Shown here in pieces: positions 50,180 through 60,227 of a stretch of DNA of 64,000 bases. The translations under genes and the position numbers were made by a program. Origin of the DNA: Candidatus Ozemobacteraceae bacterium (GTDB lineage: Bacteria > Muiribacteriota > Ozemobacteria > Ozemobacterales > Ozemobacteraceae); contig OZ223236.1 of the NCBI GenBank assembly GCA_965140445.1, positions 2,304,001 to 2,368,000 on the forward strand. The letters are read 5' to 3'. Positions within the stretch are counted from its first letter, which is position 1. Every line of letters starts with the position of its first letter. The notes beneath the pieces were generated by a model. That model was not told where the DNA came from. It searched no databases and saw only the letters and a list, made by a program, of their open reading frames with translations.

Positions 50180-50216
50180 AAAAAAGCTCCCGGCTCTTGA
50201 AGTCGGGAGTTTTTTT
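50180..50216. terminator. Bidirectional terminator
   Basis: A-run, CTCCCGGC-tcttgaa-GTCGGGAG, T-run. Confidence 0.8.
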
Positions 50217-50246
50217 ATTGTCCGTAATAAGCGTATTAGTTATTAA

Positions 50247-51197
50247 TTAAGAAAGCATTGAACAGAATTCATCAAATTCCAAATCAAATTCTTCTTCAGT
50301 GAGGTCTCTGGGGTAATTATAGAATCTTTGCCCGGGCTTCTCATTGTAATATGGGCGATTACAGTCTCCGCACCCGGAAGTTCTAAATGCTACCCCATTT
50401 TGAATTAGCGCTTTAAGTTCTAAAGGTAAAACCCCAAAACTTTTAATCCTACCATCTTTAAATGTAAGTTTAATTTTCTGTTTTTGGCCGGTTTCCAGAA
50501 TAAACCTTAATGCCTGTAAGCGCCTGTAACTTGAGAAATCTGGCGCAGAGCCACCGTTAACCGGAGTAAAGGCAAACATGGAAACTTTTCCTGAATAATC
50601 ATAAATTTCCAAAAGCCTCTGGGCAAAAGTTTCTTCGCTGTCGCCAAGCCCATAAATCAAATGAACTTCAATTTTGTCAGGCATTTTATTCATTAAAGCT
50701 TTTAAAGCTGGCCAGTCTTTTTCCCAAACTCGCTTTTTATGTAGCTTATAAGTTTCCGGGGAAGCGCAATCCAAACCTACACCTACATGATCCAACCCTT
50801 TATTGAGCATCTTTTGGGCGAACTCTGGCTGTCCTGGACTTAAAGTCATGCTTGTTTTTATTTTGGAAGCTATTAATTTTTCTGCCATTGACTCTAATAT
50901 GGGTTCATTCTCAGGATTATATCCTGTTTGGAGGCAGATCCGCTTAAATGGTTGAGGTTTTGAATTCAAAAGTTCTAATACTTTTACAAAATCGAATTCA
51001 GGCCAAATTATCCTTGAAAGCTTTTTTGAAGTTGAATTGCCAGATGCTCTCGGGCAAAAAGAACATGAACCAAGGCAACCATCGTCCCACAAGAGATAAG
51101 CTGTTGTCGGAGCAACGTCTTGCTTGGCCTTTATTAGCCCTAAAACTATTCCTGTGCCATATGAAACTCTAATTTTTGTGGAAGGCATATTTATCAT
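50247..51197 (-). CDS. lipS2: Radical SAM lipoyl synthase subunit LipS2-like
   Basis: CLGSCSFC, LSRIIWP, RICLQ, C-terminal TSGCGDCNRP (cf. LipS2 TxGCPxC(N/D)RP); start ATG 51197 right after upstream stop. Confidence 0.78.
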   Translation of the reverse strand: MINMPSTKIRVSYGTGIVLGLIKAKQDVAPTTAYLLWDDGCLGSCSFCPRASGNSTSKKLSRIIWPEFDFVKVLELLNSKPQPFKRICLQTGYNPENEPILESMAEKLIASKIKTSMTLSPGQPEFAQKMLNKGLDHVGVGLDCASPETYKLHKKRVWEKDWPALKALMNKMPDKIEVHLIYGLGDSEETFAQRLLEIYDYSGKVSMFAFTPVNGGSAPDFSSYRRLQALRFILETGQKQKIKLTFKDGRIKSFGVLPLELKALIQNGVAFRTSGCGDCNRPYYNEKPGQRFYNYPRDLTEEEFDLEFDEFCSMLS

Positions 51198-51198
51198 C

Positions 51199-52155
51199 TT
51201 ATTCTCGCGTAAATGCACAACACTCTGAAGATTTATAGACTGAAATTTTGAATTCTTCAAGAATCTTAATCAACTCGTGATCCGGCATTACAATTCTGTC
51301 TATTCCGTTCATCCAGGAAATAATGTCAATTGCTCGACGAATAAAACCTGATGGGCGCATACATCCCAGTTGAATTGGGCAGTTTAGTTTCTTTCTGGCA
51401 TAACTTAAAAGCTCTATTATTCTTTCTATAGTTGGGGTGGGGGAATCAGCCATTGCTGTATTTGGAGTTGGCCGCAGAACAATGAATACCAACATTTCAG
51501 GGGAATTTTCACTTAAAAAATCAATCGATCGTTCTTCGTCTGAATTTAAACCGAAATTCAACCCTATGGTTATATGTGGAATTGTTACAAAGTGATCACT
51601 GAAATCTAGAAAAAGTTTTTGATAGTCTTTATGGCTATAAGGCAGATGAAAAACCTTTTCTATAACTTCGTCTGATCCTGGTAGATCAAAAGAAATAATA
51701 TTTTTGCCATTTTTAAATTTAAGAAAAGCTTCTACCGATTGATATCCTGGATGAATATTTAAAGAAAGGTGCTCGGGTAAATTTGCCAATTTTTCAAAAT
51801 TCTCTGAAATTGGAACCTTCCCATTTTCGTCGCTTCCCCCGCTGATTAGAAGCGATTGGTAGCGATTAAAATCGATTTTATCAAGAGAAGTTAGCGGAGT
51901 CATTCCATTCAAATAATGGCTTTCACAGTGACTGCATTTTAACTTACACTGATTTCCTGTAACAGAAATACTAAGAGTTTTTACCGGCGAAATCCTATGC
52001 AGACTAAAGGAACAAAGATTTCCAAATTTCTCAAAATCTGGGCAAAGATGTCTAAAAGCTTCTGGAACAGCACTAATTAGTTTCCCAAAAAGCAATTTTT
52101 GCAGAGTGGTATCCTGGAAAGCTGGAGCTTTGGCTTGAAGATTAGATTTCGTCAT
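51199..52155 (-). CDS. lipS1: Radical SAM lipoyl synthase subunit LipS1-like
   Basis: SISVTG..CKLKCSHC, LISGG, LGCMRP and terminal ECCA (cf. LipS1 GC(M/A)R and CC motifs). Confidence 0.78.
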   Translation of the reverse strand: MTKSNLQAKAPAFQDTTLQKLLFGKLISAVPEAFRHLCPDFEKFGNLCSFSLHRISPVKTLSISVTGNQCKLKCSHCESHYLNGMTPLTSLDKIDFNRYQSLLISGGSDENGKVPISENFEKLANLPEHLSLNIHPGYQSVEAFLKFKNGKNIISFDLPGSDEVIEKVFHLPYSHKDYQKLFLDFSDHFVTIPHITIGLNFGLNSDEERSIDFLSENSPEMLVFIVLRPTPNTAMADSPTPTIERIIELLSYARKKLNCPIQLGCMRPSGFIRRAIDIISWMNGIDRIVMPDHELIKILEEFKISVYKSSECCAFTRE

Positions 52156-53905
52156 CTGCAGAGACGCGAATAACTTCTGAAAGGGTTGTGAGTCCTCTAA
52201 GAACTTTGCCTAAGCCATCCTGGCGAAGGGTTCGCATTCCCTGTTTCATAGATTCATTTTTGATAACACTTGTGGCCGCTTTTTCCACAATGAGTTCTTT
52301 AATTCTTTCATTAGGAAGTAAAAGTTCTGTGATGGTTGTTCTACCCCGGAACCCGGTTTGGTTACATGAACCGCAACCAGCTCCTCTGAAAACCTTTGTT
52401 TTACCAGCTTGATATAGAAGCTTACTGCGTTTGATTATTGCTGCAGCTGGCGTGTATTCTTCTTTACATTCCTCACAAATGGTTCTAATTAAGCGCTGAG
52501 CCATAATTCCTATGATTGAGCTTGCAACAAGAAAGGGTTCAACTCCCATGTCGATTAATCGCGTCATAGCTCCAGCCGAATCATTGGTATGCAAAGTCGA
52601 GAAAACCAGATGCCCCGTTAATGCGGCTCTGATAGCAACTTCGGCCGTATCGTAATCTCGGATTTCGCCGACCATGATAACATCAGGATCCTGACGCAGA
52701 ATTGATCTCAAACCGCCGGCGAAAGTAAAGCCCGCTTTTGGATTAATCTGGCCCTGATTGATATTTGAAAGCTGATATTCAACCGGATCTTCGATTGTAA
52801 CAATATTTATTGCAGCATCTTTAATTTTTTGCAGAGCTGCATAAAGGGTTGAAGTTTTACCACTGCCAGTAGGGCCTGTAACAAGAACAATCCCATTTGG
52901 TTTTTTGATAATTGAACTAAAGTGCTTGAGTGTGTCATCAGACATTCCAAGATCTTCAAGGCCAAAAAGAACTCGACTTTTGTCAAGAATCCTCATAACA
53001 ACCTTTTCGCCGCGCAATGTGGGATAAGTTGAAACACGGAGGTCTATTTCCCGACCCTGTAAGGTTAGCTTGATACGGCCATCTTGAGGAACACGTTTCT
53101 CGGCAATATCCAGTTCTGCCATAACTTTACATCTTGAGATACATGCTGCTTCAAAATTTTTGGGCAGAGCCATAACTTCTTGAAGCATTCCGTCAATTCG
53201 GAAGCGAGTTCGGAGCACAGATTCATCGGGTTCGATATGAATGTCGGAGGCTTTTTCCTTGATCGCTCTCATGATTATGAGGTTTACAAGCTGAATGATG
53301 CTTTGTTTATCTGAAGCATTAATTGAAGAAATATCAAGGACAGCTGGGCCACCTTTATGTTCTCCATGTCCCTGCAATTTTTTAGCGAAATCTTCAATGC
53401 TGCCTTTATTTTCGTTATCAACTGTTCCTGTGCTTGGCATAGCCTGGCCTGGGACTGCAACAGAGGCGTTTGGCGCATAGAATTCTTCGATCGCAGTTTG
53501 AATCTCCTGAGTTGTCGAAACCAGGGGTTTGATTTTACATGCGGTGGTGTACTCAAGGTTGTCTATTACAAAGCTATCAAGCGGATCTAGCATTGCAACG
53601 GTTAGTTGTCCCTTAACGCGAAGAATCGCAATACAATTGTATTTGCGGGCGATGTTCTCGGGGATTAGTTTAACAACCTTAGGGTCAATAACGTAATTTC
53701 GTAGGTTAGCATAGCTAAAACCCAGCTTGGTACAAAGAAAATCAAGGAGTTGCTGTTCTTTAAGATATTCAAGTCTTAGAAGCGTGCATCCAAGAGTGTC
53801 GCTGGTTGCTTTTTGTTCGGCCAGAGCCGTTTTAAGCTGATCAAGGGTAACAAGGCCTTCTGCAACCAGAGATTGGCCAAGAAGTTTTTTCTCTATTCTA
53901 GCCAT
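52142..53905 (-). CDS. GspE/PilB-family type II secretion / type IV pilus assembly ATPase
   Basis: MshEN-like N-terminus, ASDIHIEP, PQDGR, GPTGSGKT, EDPVEY, LRQDPD..VGEIRD, TGHLVFSTLH, Cys4 zinc motif. Confidence 0.93.
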   Translation of the reverse strand: MARIEKKLLGQSLVAEGLVTLDQLKTALAEQKATSDTLGCTLLRLEYLKEQQLLDFLCTKLGFSYANLRNYVIDPKVVKLIPENIARKYNCIAILRVKGQLTVAMLDPLDSFVIDNLEYTTACKIKPLVSTTQEIQTAIEEFYAPNASVAVPGQAMPSTGTVDNENKGSIEDFAKKLQGHGEHKGGPAVLDISSINASDKQSIIQLVNLIIMRAIKEKASDIHIEPDESVLRTRFRIDGMLQEVMALPKNFEAACISRCKVMAELDIAEKRVPQDGRIKLTLQGREIDLRVSTYPTLRGEKVVMRILDKSRVLFGLEDLGMSDDTLKHFSSIIKKPNGIVLVTGPTGSGKTSTLYAALQKIKDAAINIVTIEDPVEYQLSNINQGQINPKAGFTFAGGLRSILRQDPDVIMVGEIRDYDTAEVAIRAALTGHLVFSTLHTNDSAGAMTRLIDMGVEPFLVASSIIGIMAQRLIRTICEECKEEYTPAAAIIKRSKLLYQAGKTKVFRGAGCGSCNQTGFRGRTTITELLLPNERIKELIVEKAATSVIKNESMKQGMRTLRQDGLGKVLRGLTTLSEVIRVSADDEI

Positions 53906-53928
53906 TACTTCTCACTCTTTCTTAATAA

Positions 53929-55638
53929 TTATTCAGAAATACCAAGGTTTTGTTCAAACTGGCGCTGAGCATTCAATACGAAGTTAACAATAACTTTTTC
54001 ATCTTCGTTAGAAACATTATTGAAAGAAATAATGCATTCGTGAACAGGCTTTCCTGTCATGGTCGAGTCGTCAGAAGCTCTGATTTCTCGTTTAAGTCTA
54101 ACGAGACGTCCTTGAACGCCCTGGATGAAATTGCTTCCAATCTGGAAAGCAAGAATGATGTATTTACCTTGCTCTATATCTTCGCTAGTTTCAACTACAC
54201 ATCCGCCAGCAGAAAGATTTGTAATAACTCCGCGCATTTCAAATTCGCTTCCAGATATGCTGCTATCAATTAATTCACCAGAAAGAAGAACTTTAAATTT
54301 ACATGGAATTCTTGTTTCGGTTCTGATGGCAGCTCTCTTAGTAGTTCCTTCAACCTGGAAATCAAATGGAACAAGAGAGTTTTGGAAAACATCAGAAAGC
54401 ATACGCAATTCTTTGGCTGATGTGCTTGTCTGGTCGACAATAACTGTTTTTCCAAGGGCGGTACTGGCAACATTTTGAATCTCAAGAGAAATGTCGTCTG
54501 TGATTTGAGAAATTGTATTTACTTTCTGATACATGATGTCGGCTGTATCGCTTTGTCGCTCTGCTGATAAACTAATGTCTTTAATAATATCATTGAGCTG
54601 ATTTGTAGTCTGAACCATGGCACCAAGGCTTTGTTCAACAGCGCTAATAACTTCCATGCCCTGATTAACCTGAATAGTATTGTTCTGCATCATTTCAGCA
54701 GCATTTTCTGTTTTGTGCAAAATATCGTTGATCAGGTTATTGATCTTTTTAGATGATTCTGCTGAACCTCTGGCTAGCTTTCTTACTTCTTCCGCAACAA
54801 CAGCAAAACCTCTTCCTTGTTCACCTGCTCTGGCGGCCTCAATGGCTGCGTTAAGAGCGAGCAGGTTTGTCTTTTCTGCGATGTTAGCAATTTCAGTAAG
54901 AATCGTTCCGATCTGTTTACTGCGATCATTCAAATCGTTTACCAGAGAAGCTGAACCATCTGTTAATTCTTTAATTTTCAACATCTTCTTAACAGATTCT
55001 TTAACTGAGCCCTGAGTTGTAGTAGCAATTTCAGAAACGCTCTGACTGTCTTCTTTGGCAATAATTAATTTAGAACTAATATCTTTTGTAAGGCTGAAGC
55101 TGCTTTCGAGTGATGAAATTGTTTCTCGAAGGCTGGTGGCGTTGTCCAGAGCTTTGGCGTTAATGTCCTCAACCCTTTCAACGATTTCTTTAATAACCTG
55201 TGAGCTGACTTGAGCTGTTCTATCCAAATCAAGAGAAGCTTCTTCGAGTTTAAAGGAAATAACCAAAACTCTTTTAAGTACAGAAACGACCAGTTTAAAC
55301 ATCTGGTCAAAAACATCTAATTCTTTTCCCAGGCCACTTTTTGAAGACTTGAAACCTTCAGGTCGGAGCCCAACCATTTCCGTTAAATCCTGTGAAATGA
55401 TTGATATTAATCCACGTAGTATTTCACGGGCGAAAAGACCAATCAGAACTCCCGAAGCCAGGCCAAGAGCCAATGAAGCAATAACAAAAGTTGTTTTAAC
55501 TGTTTTGCTTATTTTGAGCAGGGCAATACCAACGCCAGCGGAAGAGCAACCAACAATTACCCCAATTAAAATGGCGAAAACCCACAGATTTTTCTGTGAA
55601 CTCGTATTTTTATTTATTATCAAAGAATGAAGGGCCAT
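53929..55638 (-). CDS. Methyl-accepting chemotaxis protein fused to a C-terminal PilZ domain
   Basis: Two TM helices; [38 protein letters not shown]...NLSAGG PilZ motifs. Confidence 0.88.
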   Translation of the reverse strand: MALHSLIINKNTSSQKNLWVFAILIGVIVGCSSAGVGIALLKISKTVKTTFVIASLALGLASGVLIGLFAREILRGLISIISQDLTEMVGLRPEGFKSSKSGLGKELDVFDQMFKLVVSVLKRVLVISFKLEEASLDLDRTAQVSSQVIKEIVERVEDINAKALDNATSLRETISSLESSFSLTKDISSKLIIAKEDSQSVSEIATTTQGSVKESVKKMLKIKELTDGSASLVNDLNDRSKQIGTILTEIANIAEKTNLLALNAAIEAARAGEQGRGFAVVAEEVRKLARGSAESSKKINNLINDILHKTENAAEMMQNNTIQVNQGMEVISAVEQSLGAMVQTTNQLNDIIKDISLSAERQSDTADIMYQKVNTISQITDDISLEIQNVASTALGKTVIVDQTSTSAKELRMLSDVFQNSLVPFDFQVEGTTKRAAIRTETRIPCKFKVLLSGELIDSSISGSEFEMRGVITNLSAGGCVVETSEDIEQGKYIILAFQIGSNFIQGVQGRLVRLKREIRASDDSTMTGKPVHECIISFNNVSNEDEKVIVNFVLNAQRQFEQNLGISE

Positions 55639-55654
55639 GATTTATAGATCTATC

Positions 55655-56386
55655 TCAATTTGAATTTGCTTTTTGTTTCGGACGATTGTCTGGTTTTCTT
55701 TCGGAATTATTTTTATTTTTTTCAGGATTTTTTTCTTTTCTAATTTTATCGAGGATTCCGTTGACAAATTCAAAGCTTCTGTCAGCAGAAAATTCTTTAG
55801 CTAATTCGATTGCTTCGTTTATTGAAGCGCTTGTTGGAATTGCTGGAAAATGAAGCAATTCACAGGTGGCGAATCGCAATATGCATCTATCTATGCTTGC
55901 CATTCTATCAAGAGTCCAGTTTTTGGCAACTGATTCCAGAGTTTTATCAATGCTTTTGATATTTTCACTGGTTTGAACAACCAGTTCTCTACTGAACTTT
56001 TCAATTGGCGAAAGTTTATCCAAGTGATTTATTACTGAATCAGAAAGTTTCACAACTTCTTTTTCGGCTTTTTCATTGTAGGTAACTCCTGGAAAATGCT
56101 TTTCCAGAATAAATTTAACTATTTCTTTTAATTCTGCACGTTCTGGCAGAGGGAAGGAAGAAAACTTCCCGGAGAAGTCGGGAACAAAGTTCTCGACTTC
56201 TCCAGAAAGTACTTCACTTGCTTTAGAACTCTTCAAGAATTTTTCAGCTATTTTTTGAAAAGCTGGCCCATAGAGCGTTTCACCCAAAACCTGATTAATT
56301 GCTTCCTCAGGTTCTGCTTTGATTAGATCAATTTGATAAAGAGCTTTCAGGGCGGCCTGTCTGGCCTGCCTTCTTGGAGAGTTCAT
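55655..56386 (-). CDS. nusB: Transcription antitermination factor NusB with internal insertion
   Basis: RRQARQAALKALYQ, NWTLDRMASIDRCILR, INEAIELAK, FVNGILD. Confidence 0.88.
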   Translation of the reverse strand: MNSPRRQARQAALKALYQIDLIKAEPEEAINQVLGETLYGPAFQKIAEKFLKSSKASEVLSGEVENFVPDFSGKFSSFPLPERAELKEIVKFILEKHFPGVTYNEKAEKEVVKLSDSVINHLDKLSPIEKFSRELVVQTSENIKSIDKTLESVAKNWTLDRMASIDRCILRFATCELLHFPAIPTSASINEAIELAKEFSADRSFEFVNGILDKIRKEKNPEKNKNNSERKPDNRPKQKANSN

Positions 56387-56397
56387 TTTATTATTCC

Positions 56398-59181
56398 TTA
56401 GGCTTCAGATGCTTTAGCTTTTACTGGTGTGTGATTCTGTGTTTTAAGGGTATTTTCTCTTTCTTCGCGATACTTGAGAGCTGCGTGAGCGGCTGCAAGT
56501 CTTGCTATTGGAACGCGGAAAGGTGAGCAGCTTACATAATCAAAACCAAGTTTGTGGCAGAACATTACAGAGTTAGGTTCTCCGCCGTGCTCACCGCAAA
56601 TACCAACTTTAAGTTTTGGATTAGTCTGTCTTCCTTTGGTAACTCCCATTTCCATCAATACTCCAACGCCTTCCTGGTCAACAGTCTGGAAAGGATCTGC
56701 TGGGAGGATTTTGTTGTTGTAATAAACTTCAAGGAATTTACCAGCGTCATCGCGGCTGTATCCGAAAGTCATCTGAGTAAGATCGTTTGTACCAAAGCTG
56801 AAGAATTCAGCTTCTGTAGCAACCTTATCTGCAGTGATTGCGGCTCTAGGAATTTCGATCATAGTGCCGATCATGTATTTAAGTTTGCCTTCAACTTCAT
56901 ACTTTTTGCATGTGTCGATAGCGATCTGCTTAACAACGGCTTTCTGGTGCTTTAGTTCTGCAACAGTTCCGATGAGAGGGATCATAACTTCTGGATAAAC
57001 TTCAACGCCTTCTTTGGTCAGCTTGCATGCTGCTTCAAAGATTGCCTGAGCCTGCATTTCAGTGATTTCAGGATAGGTGATTCCGAGACGGCATCCTCTA
57101 TGACCAAGCATTGGGTTGAATTCGTGAAGAGATTCAACTTTAGCTCTAATGGTTTCAAGAGAAATTCCCATTTCAGTTGCCATTTCCTGCTGATTTTTTT
57201 CTTCGTGTGGGATGAATTCATGGAGAGGTGGATCGAGGGTTCTGATGGTTACTGGGTAACCAGCCATAGCCTTGAGGATTCCATAAAAGTCATCAGTCTG
57301 GAATTCAAGAAGCTTCTTAAGAGCTTTTCTGCGTCCAGCTTCGTCATCAGCAAGAATCATTTCTCTCATGTGTTTGATTCTTTCACCTTCGAAGAACATG
57401 TGTTCAGTTCTGCAGAGACCAATGCCCTGAGCTCCGAATTTTCTTGCTACGAGAGAATCTTTTGGAGTGTCAGCGTTTGTTCTAACATCAAGAGATCTGA
57501 TTTCGTCAGCCCAAGCCATGATCTGGCCGAAGCTTCCAGAAAGTTCTGGATCGATAGTGTTAACCTGACCAAGCATAACTTCGCCAGTTGAACCATCTAA
57601 GCTAATCCAATCGCCTTCTTTAATTACAGTGCTGCCAACGGTCATCTGACGTTCGGCATATTTAATTTTGAGTTCGCCACAACCTGCAACACAACATTTA
57701 CCCATACCACGAGCAACAACAGCTGCATGAGAAGTCATACCGCCACGAGCAGTAAGGATACCATTAGCAACATCCATACCACCAATGTCTTCTGGGCTGG
57801 TTTCGATACGAACAAGAATTACTCTTTCGCCTCTGGCAACCCATTCTTCAGCGTCTTCAGCGTTGAATACTGCTCTACCTGTGCTTGCGCCAGGAGATGC
57901 TGGAAGACCTTTTGTGATGATATTCTTTTCGCCGTTTGGATCAAATACTGGGTGAAGAAGTTGATCAAGATCGTTAGGGTTAACTCTAAGAAGAGCTGCA
58001 TCCTTGCTGATAAGGCCTTCTGCAGCCATGTCGCAAGCGATTTTTACTGCAGCTGCAGCAGTTCTTTTACCAGTTCTGGTTTGAAGCATCCAAAGTTTTT
58101 CCTGCTGAACTGTAAATTCGATGTCCTGCATATCTTTGTAATGCTGCTCAAGCTTCATATAAACGTCTACAAGCTGTTTGTAAACGGCTGGCATTTGTTC
58201 TTCAAGTGAAGGGAAGTCTTTTGCACGAACTTCTTCAGAAATGTTGTTATCTTTTGCCCATAATCTTGAGCCTTCGATTGTAATCTGCTGAGGAGTTCTA
58301 ATACCGGCAACAACATCTTCGCCCTGAGCGTCAATAAGATATTCGCCATAAAATTTGTTTTCGCCAGTTGAAGGGTTTCTTGTGAAAGCAACGCCTGTAG
58401 CACAGTCGTTACCCATGTTTCCATAAACCATAGCCTGTACGTTTACGGCAGTTCCCCAGGAATCATCAAAACCATTCATTTTTCTGTAACGAATTGCTCT
58501 TTCGCAGTTCCATGAACCGAAAACCGCGTCAATTGCTCCCCAAAGCTGTTCCATTGGATCGGTTGGGAATTCTTTGCCGAGTCTGCTTTTGATAAGGGCT
58601 TTGTAGCGCTGAGTTAATTCTTTAAGAATTTCAGCAGTCATTTCGCTATCAGACTCAATATTGTTTTCTTCTTTAAGTTTGTCCATTACTGTTTCAAATG
58701 GATCTTCTTCGTCTTTTGATTCTGGTTTCATGCCCATAACAACATCGCCATACATATGTACGAAACGACGATATGAGTCCCAACCAAAACGAGCGTTGCC
58801 TGTTTTGGCGATAATGCCTTCAACAGTTTCGTCGTTGAGACCAAGATTCAAAACAGTATCCATCATACCAGGCATTGACACGCGGGCTCCGGATCTAACT
58901 GAAACAAGAAGAGGGTTGTTTTTGTCGCCAAATTTGGCTTCCATTGTTGTTTCGATGTGAGTCAAACCTGCGGTAAGTTGATCTTTTAATTCAGGTGGAT
59001 AATTGCGGTTGTTTTTATAATAAACGTCGCACATTTCAGTGGTAATAGTTAGACCAGCTGGAACTGGAACACCTATGCTGTTCATTTCAGCAAGGTTCGC
59101 GCCTTTACCGCCGAGTAAATTCTTCATATCGGCTCGGCCTTCAGCCTTGCCAGCTCCGAAAGTATAAACGTATTTTGCCAT
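56398..59181 (-). CDS. ppdK: Pyruvate, phosphate dikinase
   Basis: LLGGKGANLAEM, SVRSGARVSMPGMMDT, GGMTSHAAVVAR, GIGLCRTEHMF, GTNDLTQ, GICGEHGG; SD GGAGG before ATG 59181. Confidence 0.98.
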   Translation of the reverse strand: MAKYVYTFGAGKAEGRADMKNLLGGKGANLAEMNSIGVPVPAGLTITTEMCDVYYKNNRNYPPELKDQLTAGLTHIETTMEAKFGDKNNPLLVSVRSGARVSMPGMMDTVLNLGLNDETVEGIIAKTGNARFGWDSYRRFVHMYGDVVMGMKPESKDEEDPFETVMDKLKEENNIESDSEMTAEILKELTQRYKALIKSRLGKEFPTDPMEQLWGAIDAVFGSWNCERAIRYRKMNGFDDSWGTAVNVQAMVYGNMGNDCATGVAFTRNPSTGENKFYGEYLIDAQGEDVVAGIRTPQQITIEGSRLWAKDNNISEEVRAKDFPSLEEQMPAVYKQLVDVYMKLEQHYKDMQDIEFTVQQEKLWMLQTRTGKRTAAAAVKIACDMAAEGLISKDAALLRVNPNDLDQLLHPVFDPNGEKNIITKGLPASPGASTGRAVFNAEDAEEWVARGERVILVRIETSPEDIGGMDVANGILTARGGMTSHAAVVARGMGKCCVAGCGELKIKYAERQMTVGSTVIKEGDWISLDGSTGEVMLGQVNTIDPELSGSFGQIMAWADEIRSLDVRTNADTPKDSLVARKFGAQGIGLCRTEHMFFEGERIKHMREMILADDEAGRRKALKKLLEFQTDDFYGILKAMAGYPVTIRTLDPPLHEFIPHEEKNQQEMATEMGISLETIRAKVESLHEFNPMLGHRGCRLGITYPEITEMQAQAIFEAACKLTKEGVEVYPEVMIPLIGTVAELKHQKAVVKQIAIDTCKKYEVEGKLKYMIGTMIEIPRAAITADKVATEAEFFSFGTNDLTQMTFGYSRDDAGKFLEVYYNNKILPADPFQTVDQEGVGVLMEMGVTKGRQTNPKLKVGICGEHGGEPNSVMFCHKLGFDYVSCSPFRVPIARLAAAHAALKYREERENTLKTQNHTPVKAKASEA

Positions 59182-59239
59182 CCGGTGCCTCCTGCACAAA
59201 AATTATATATTTTATGGGAAAATCCCATGCTTTCGGGAA

Positions 59240-59268
59240 AGAATAGCATAGGGAAGAGTCTTATGCAA
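59240..59268 (-). promoter_or_regulatory. Sigma70-like promoter of ppdK
   Basis: Minus strand TTGCAT-17 nt-TATTCT, with TG preceding the -10 (extended -10). Confidence 0.6.
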
Positions 59269-59308
59269 GGTACTTGTGGGCTTGAATTTTGAAAGTTTAC
59301 AGGGAAAA

Positions 59309-59683
59309 TCAGGCAGTGAGTTTTTCTATTTCCTCAATTACCAATTCTGGATCAAATGGTTTAAAAACAAATCCATTTGCTCCACTTTCAATTCCTTTTT
59401 TCTTGTCCTGTATTAAGGCCAGTGCAGTAACCATTAAAACTGGAGTATCTTTTGTTTCTTCAGCTTCTTTAAGGGCTTTGCAGACTTCATAGCCATCCAT
59501 TTCCGGCATCGCAATATCTAGAATTACCAGATCTGGTTTCATTTGCTTAGCTAGCTCTAAACCTTTTTTGGGATCAAGGCTTGACACGCTTTTATAACCG
59601 TAAACGCTTAAAATGGTTTCCAGAAGAAGTACGATGGCTTCTTCGTCGTCGATTATAAGTATAGTTTTTGCTTCGCTGTTCAT
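59309..59683 (-). CDS. Single-domain response regulator (receiver)
   Basis: IIDDE, LDIAMP, VTA, FKPF. Confidence 0.92.
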   Translation of the reverse strand: MNSEAKTILIIDDEEAIVLLLETILSVYGYKSVSSLDPKKGLELAKQMKPDLVILDIAMPEMDGYEVCKALKEAEETKDTPVLMVTALALIQDKKKGIESGANGFVFKPFDPELVIEEIEKLTA

Positions 59684-59780
59684 GTTCTAGCAATATATGG
59701 TAAAGAGCTCTGACTTTCAATCAAAATTTTTAATTCTAACTTGTTTGACTGTAACATTCTGAGGTGTTATACCTAAACAA

Positions 59781-60224
59781 ATGGAAATGAAGCAGCTTGC
59801 AGCTAATATATTTTTTGGAATATTGCTAATCCTCGCAGGGTTCTGGCTTGGAAGCATTGGTTTTTCCATCGAAAAAAGAAATGTGGAATTTTCTAACATG
59901 GAGAAATGTCTGGCGTTTTATAAAGATTTTCGGGCTAACAATGATCAGGGAAAATTGCATGAAAACCTTTCAAAAATAGGTTTAACGCCAAAGGATTTTC
60001 AGATTATTATTGATAGATTTATTTATTACAGAACAAGAAAATCGTCCATGAAGCAGGCAATGAACTTGCTTCAGGCTTTCAGGATGGGTTATGATATAAA
60101 ACCCGAAAAAATTGTATCTATTTCGACTTCTTCCCCCGCTTCAGCGCCGTTCAGCCTTGATGCAGAAATTTTGTCGGTTTTTGAAAAGAAACCAGATTTA
60201 GTTAAAGACGCCTTCGAAGGGTAG
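59781..60224 (+). CDS. Hypothetical membrane-anchored protein
   Basis: N-terminal TM; SD GAGGTG. Confidence 0.7.
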   Translation: MEMKQLAANIFFGILLILAGFWLGSIGFSIEKRNVEFSNMEKCLAFYKDFRANNDQGKLHENLSKIGLTPKDFQIIIDRFIYYRTRKSSMKQAMNLLQAFRMGYDIKPEKIVSISTSSPASAPFSLDAEILSVFEKKPDLVKDAFEG

Positions 60225-60227
60225 AAA

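Noticed and set aside
56554..58960. Several long antisense ORFs inside ppdK (and similar ones inside hydA, pilB and the MCP gene)
   Set aside because: Expected shadow ORFs from codon bias of the sense gene; no motifs
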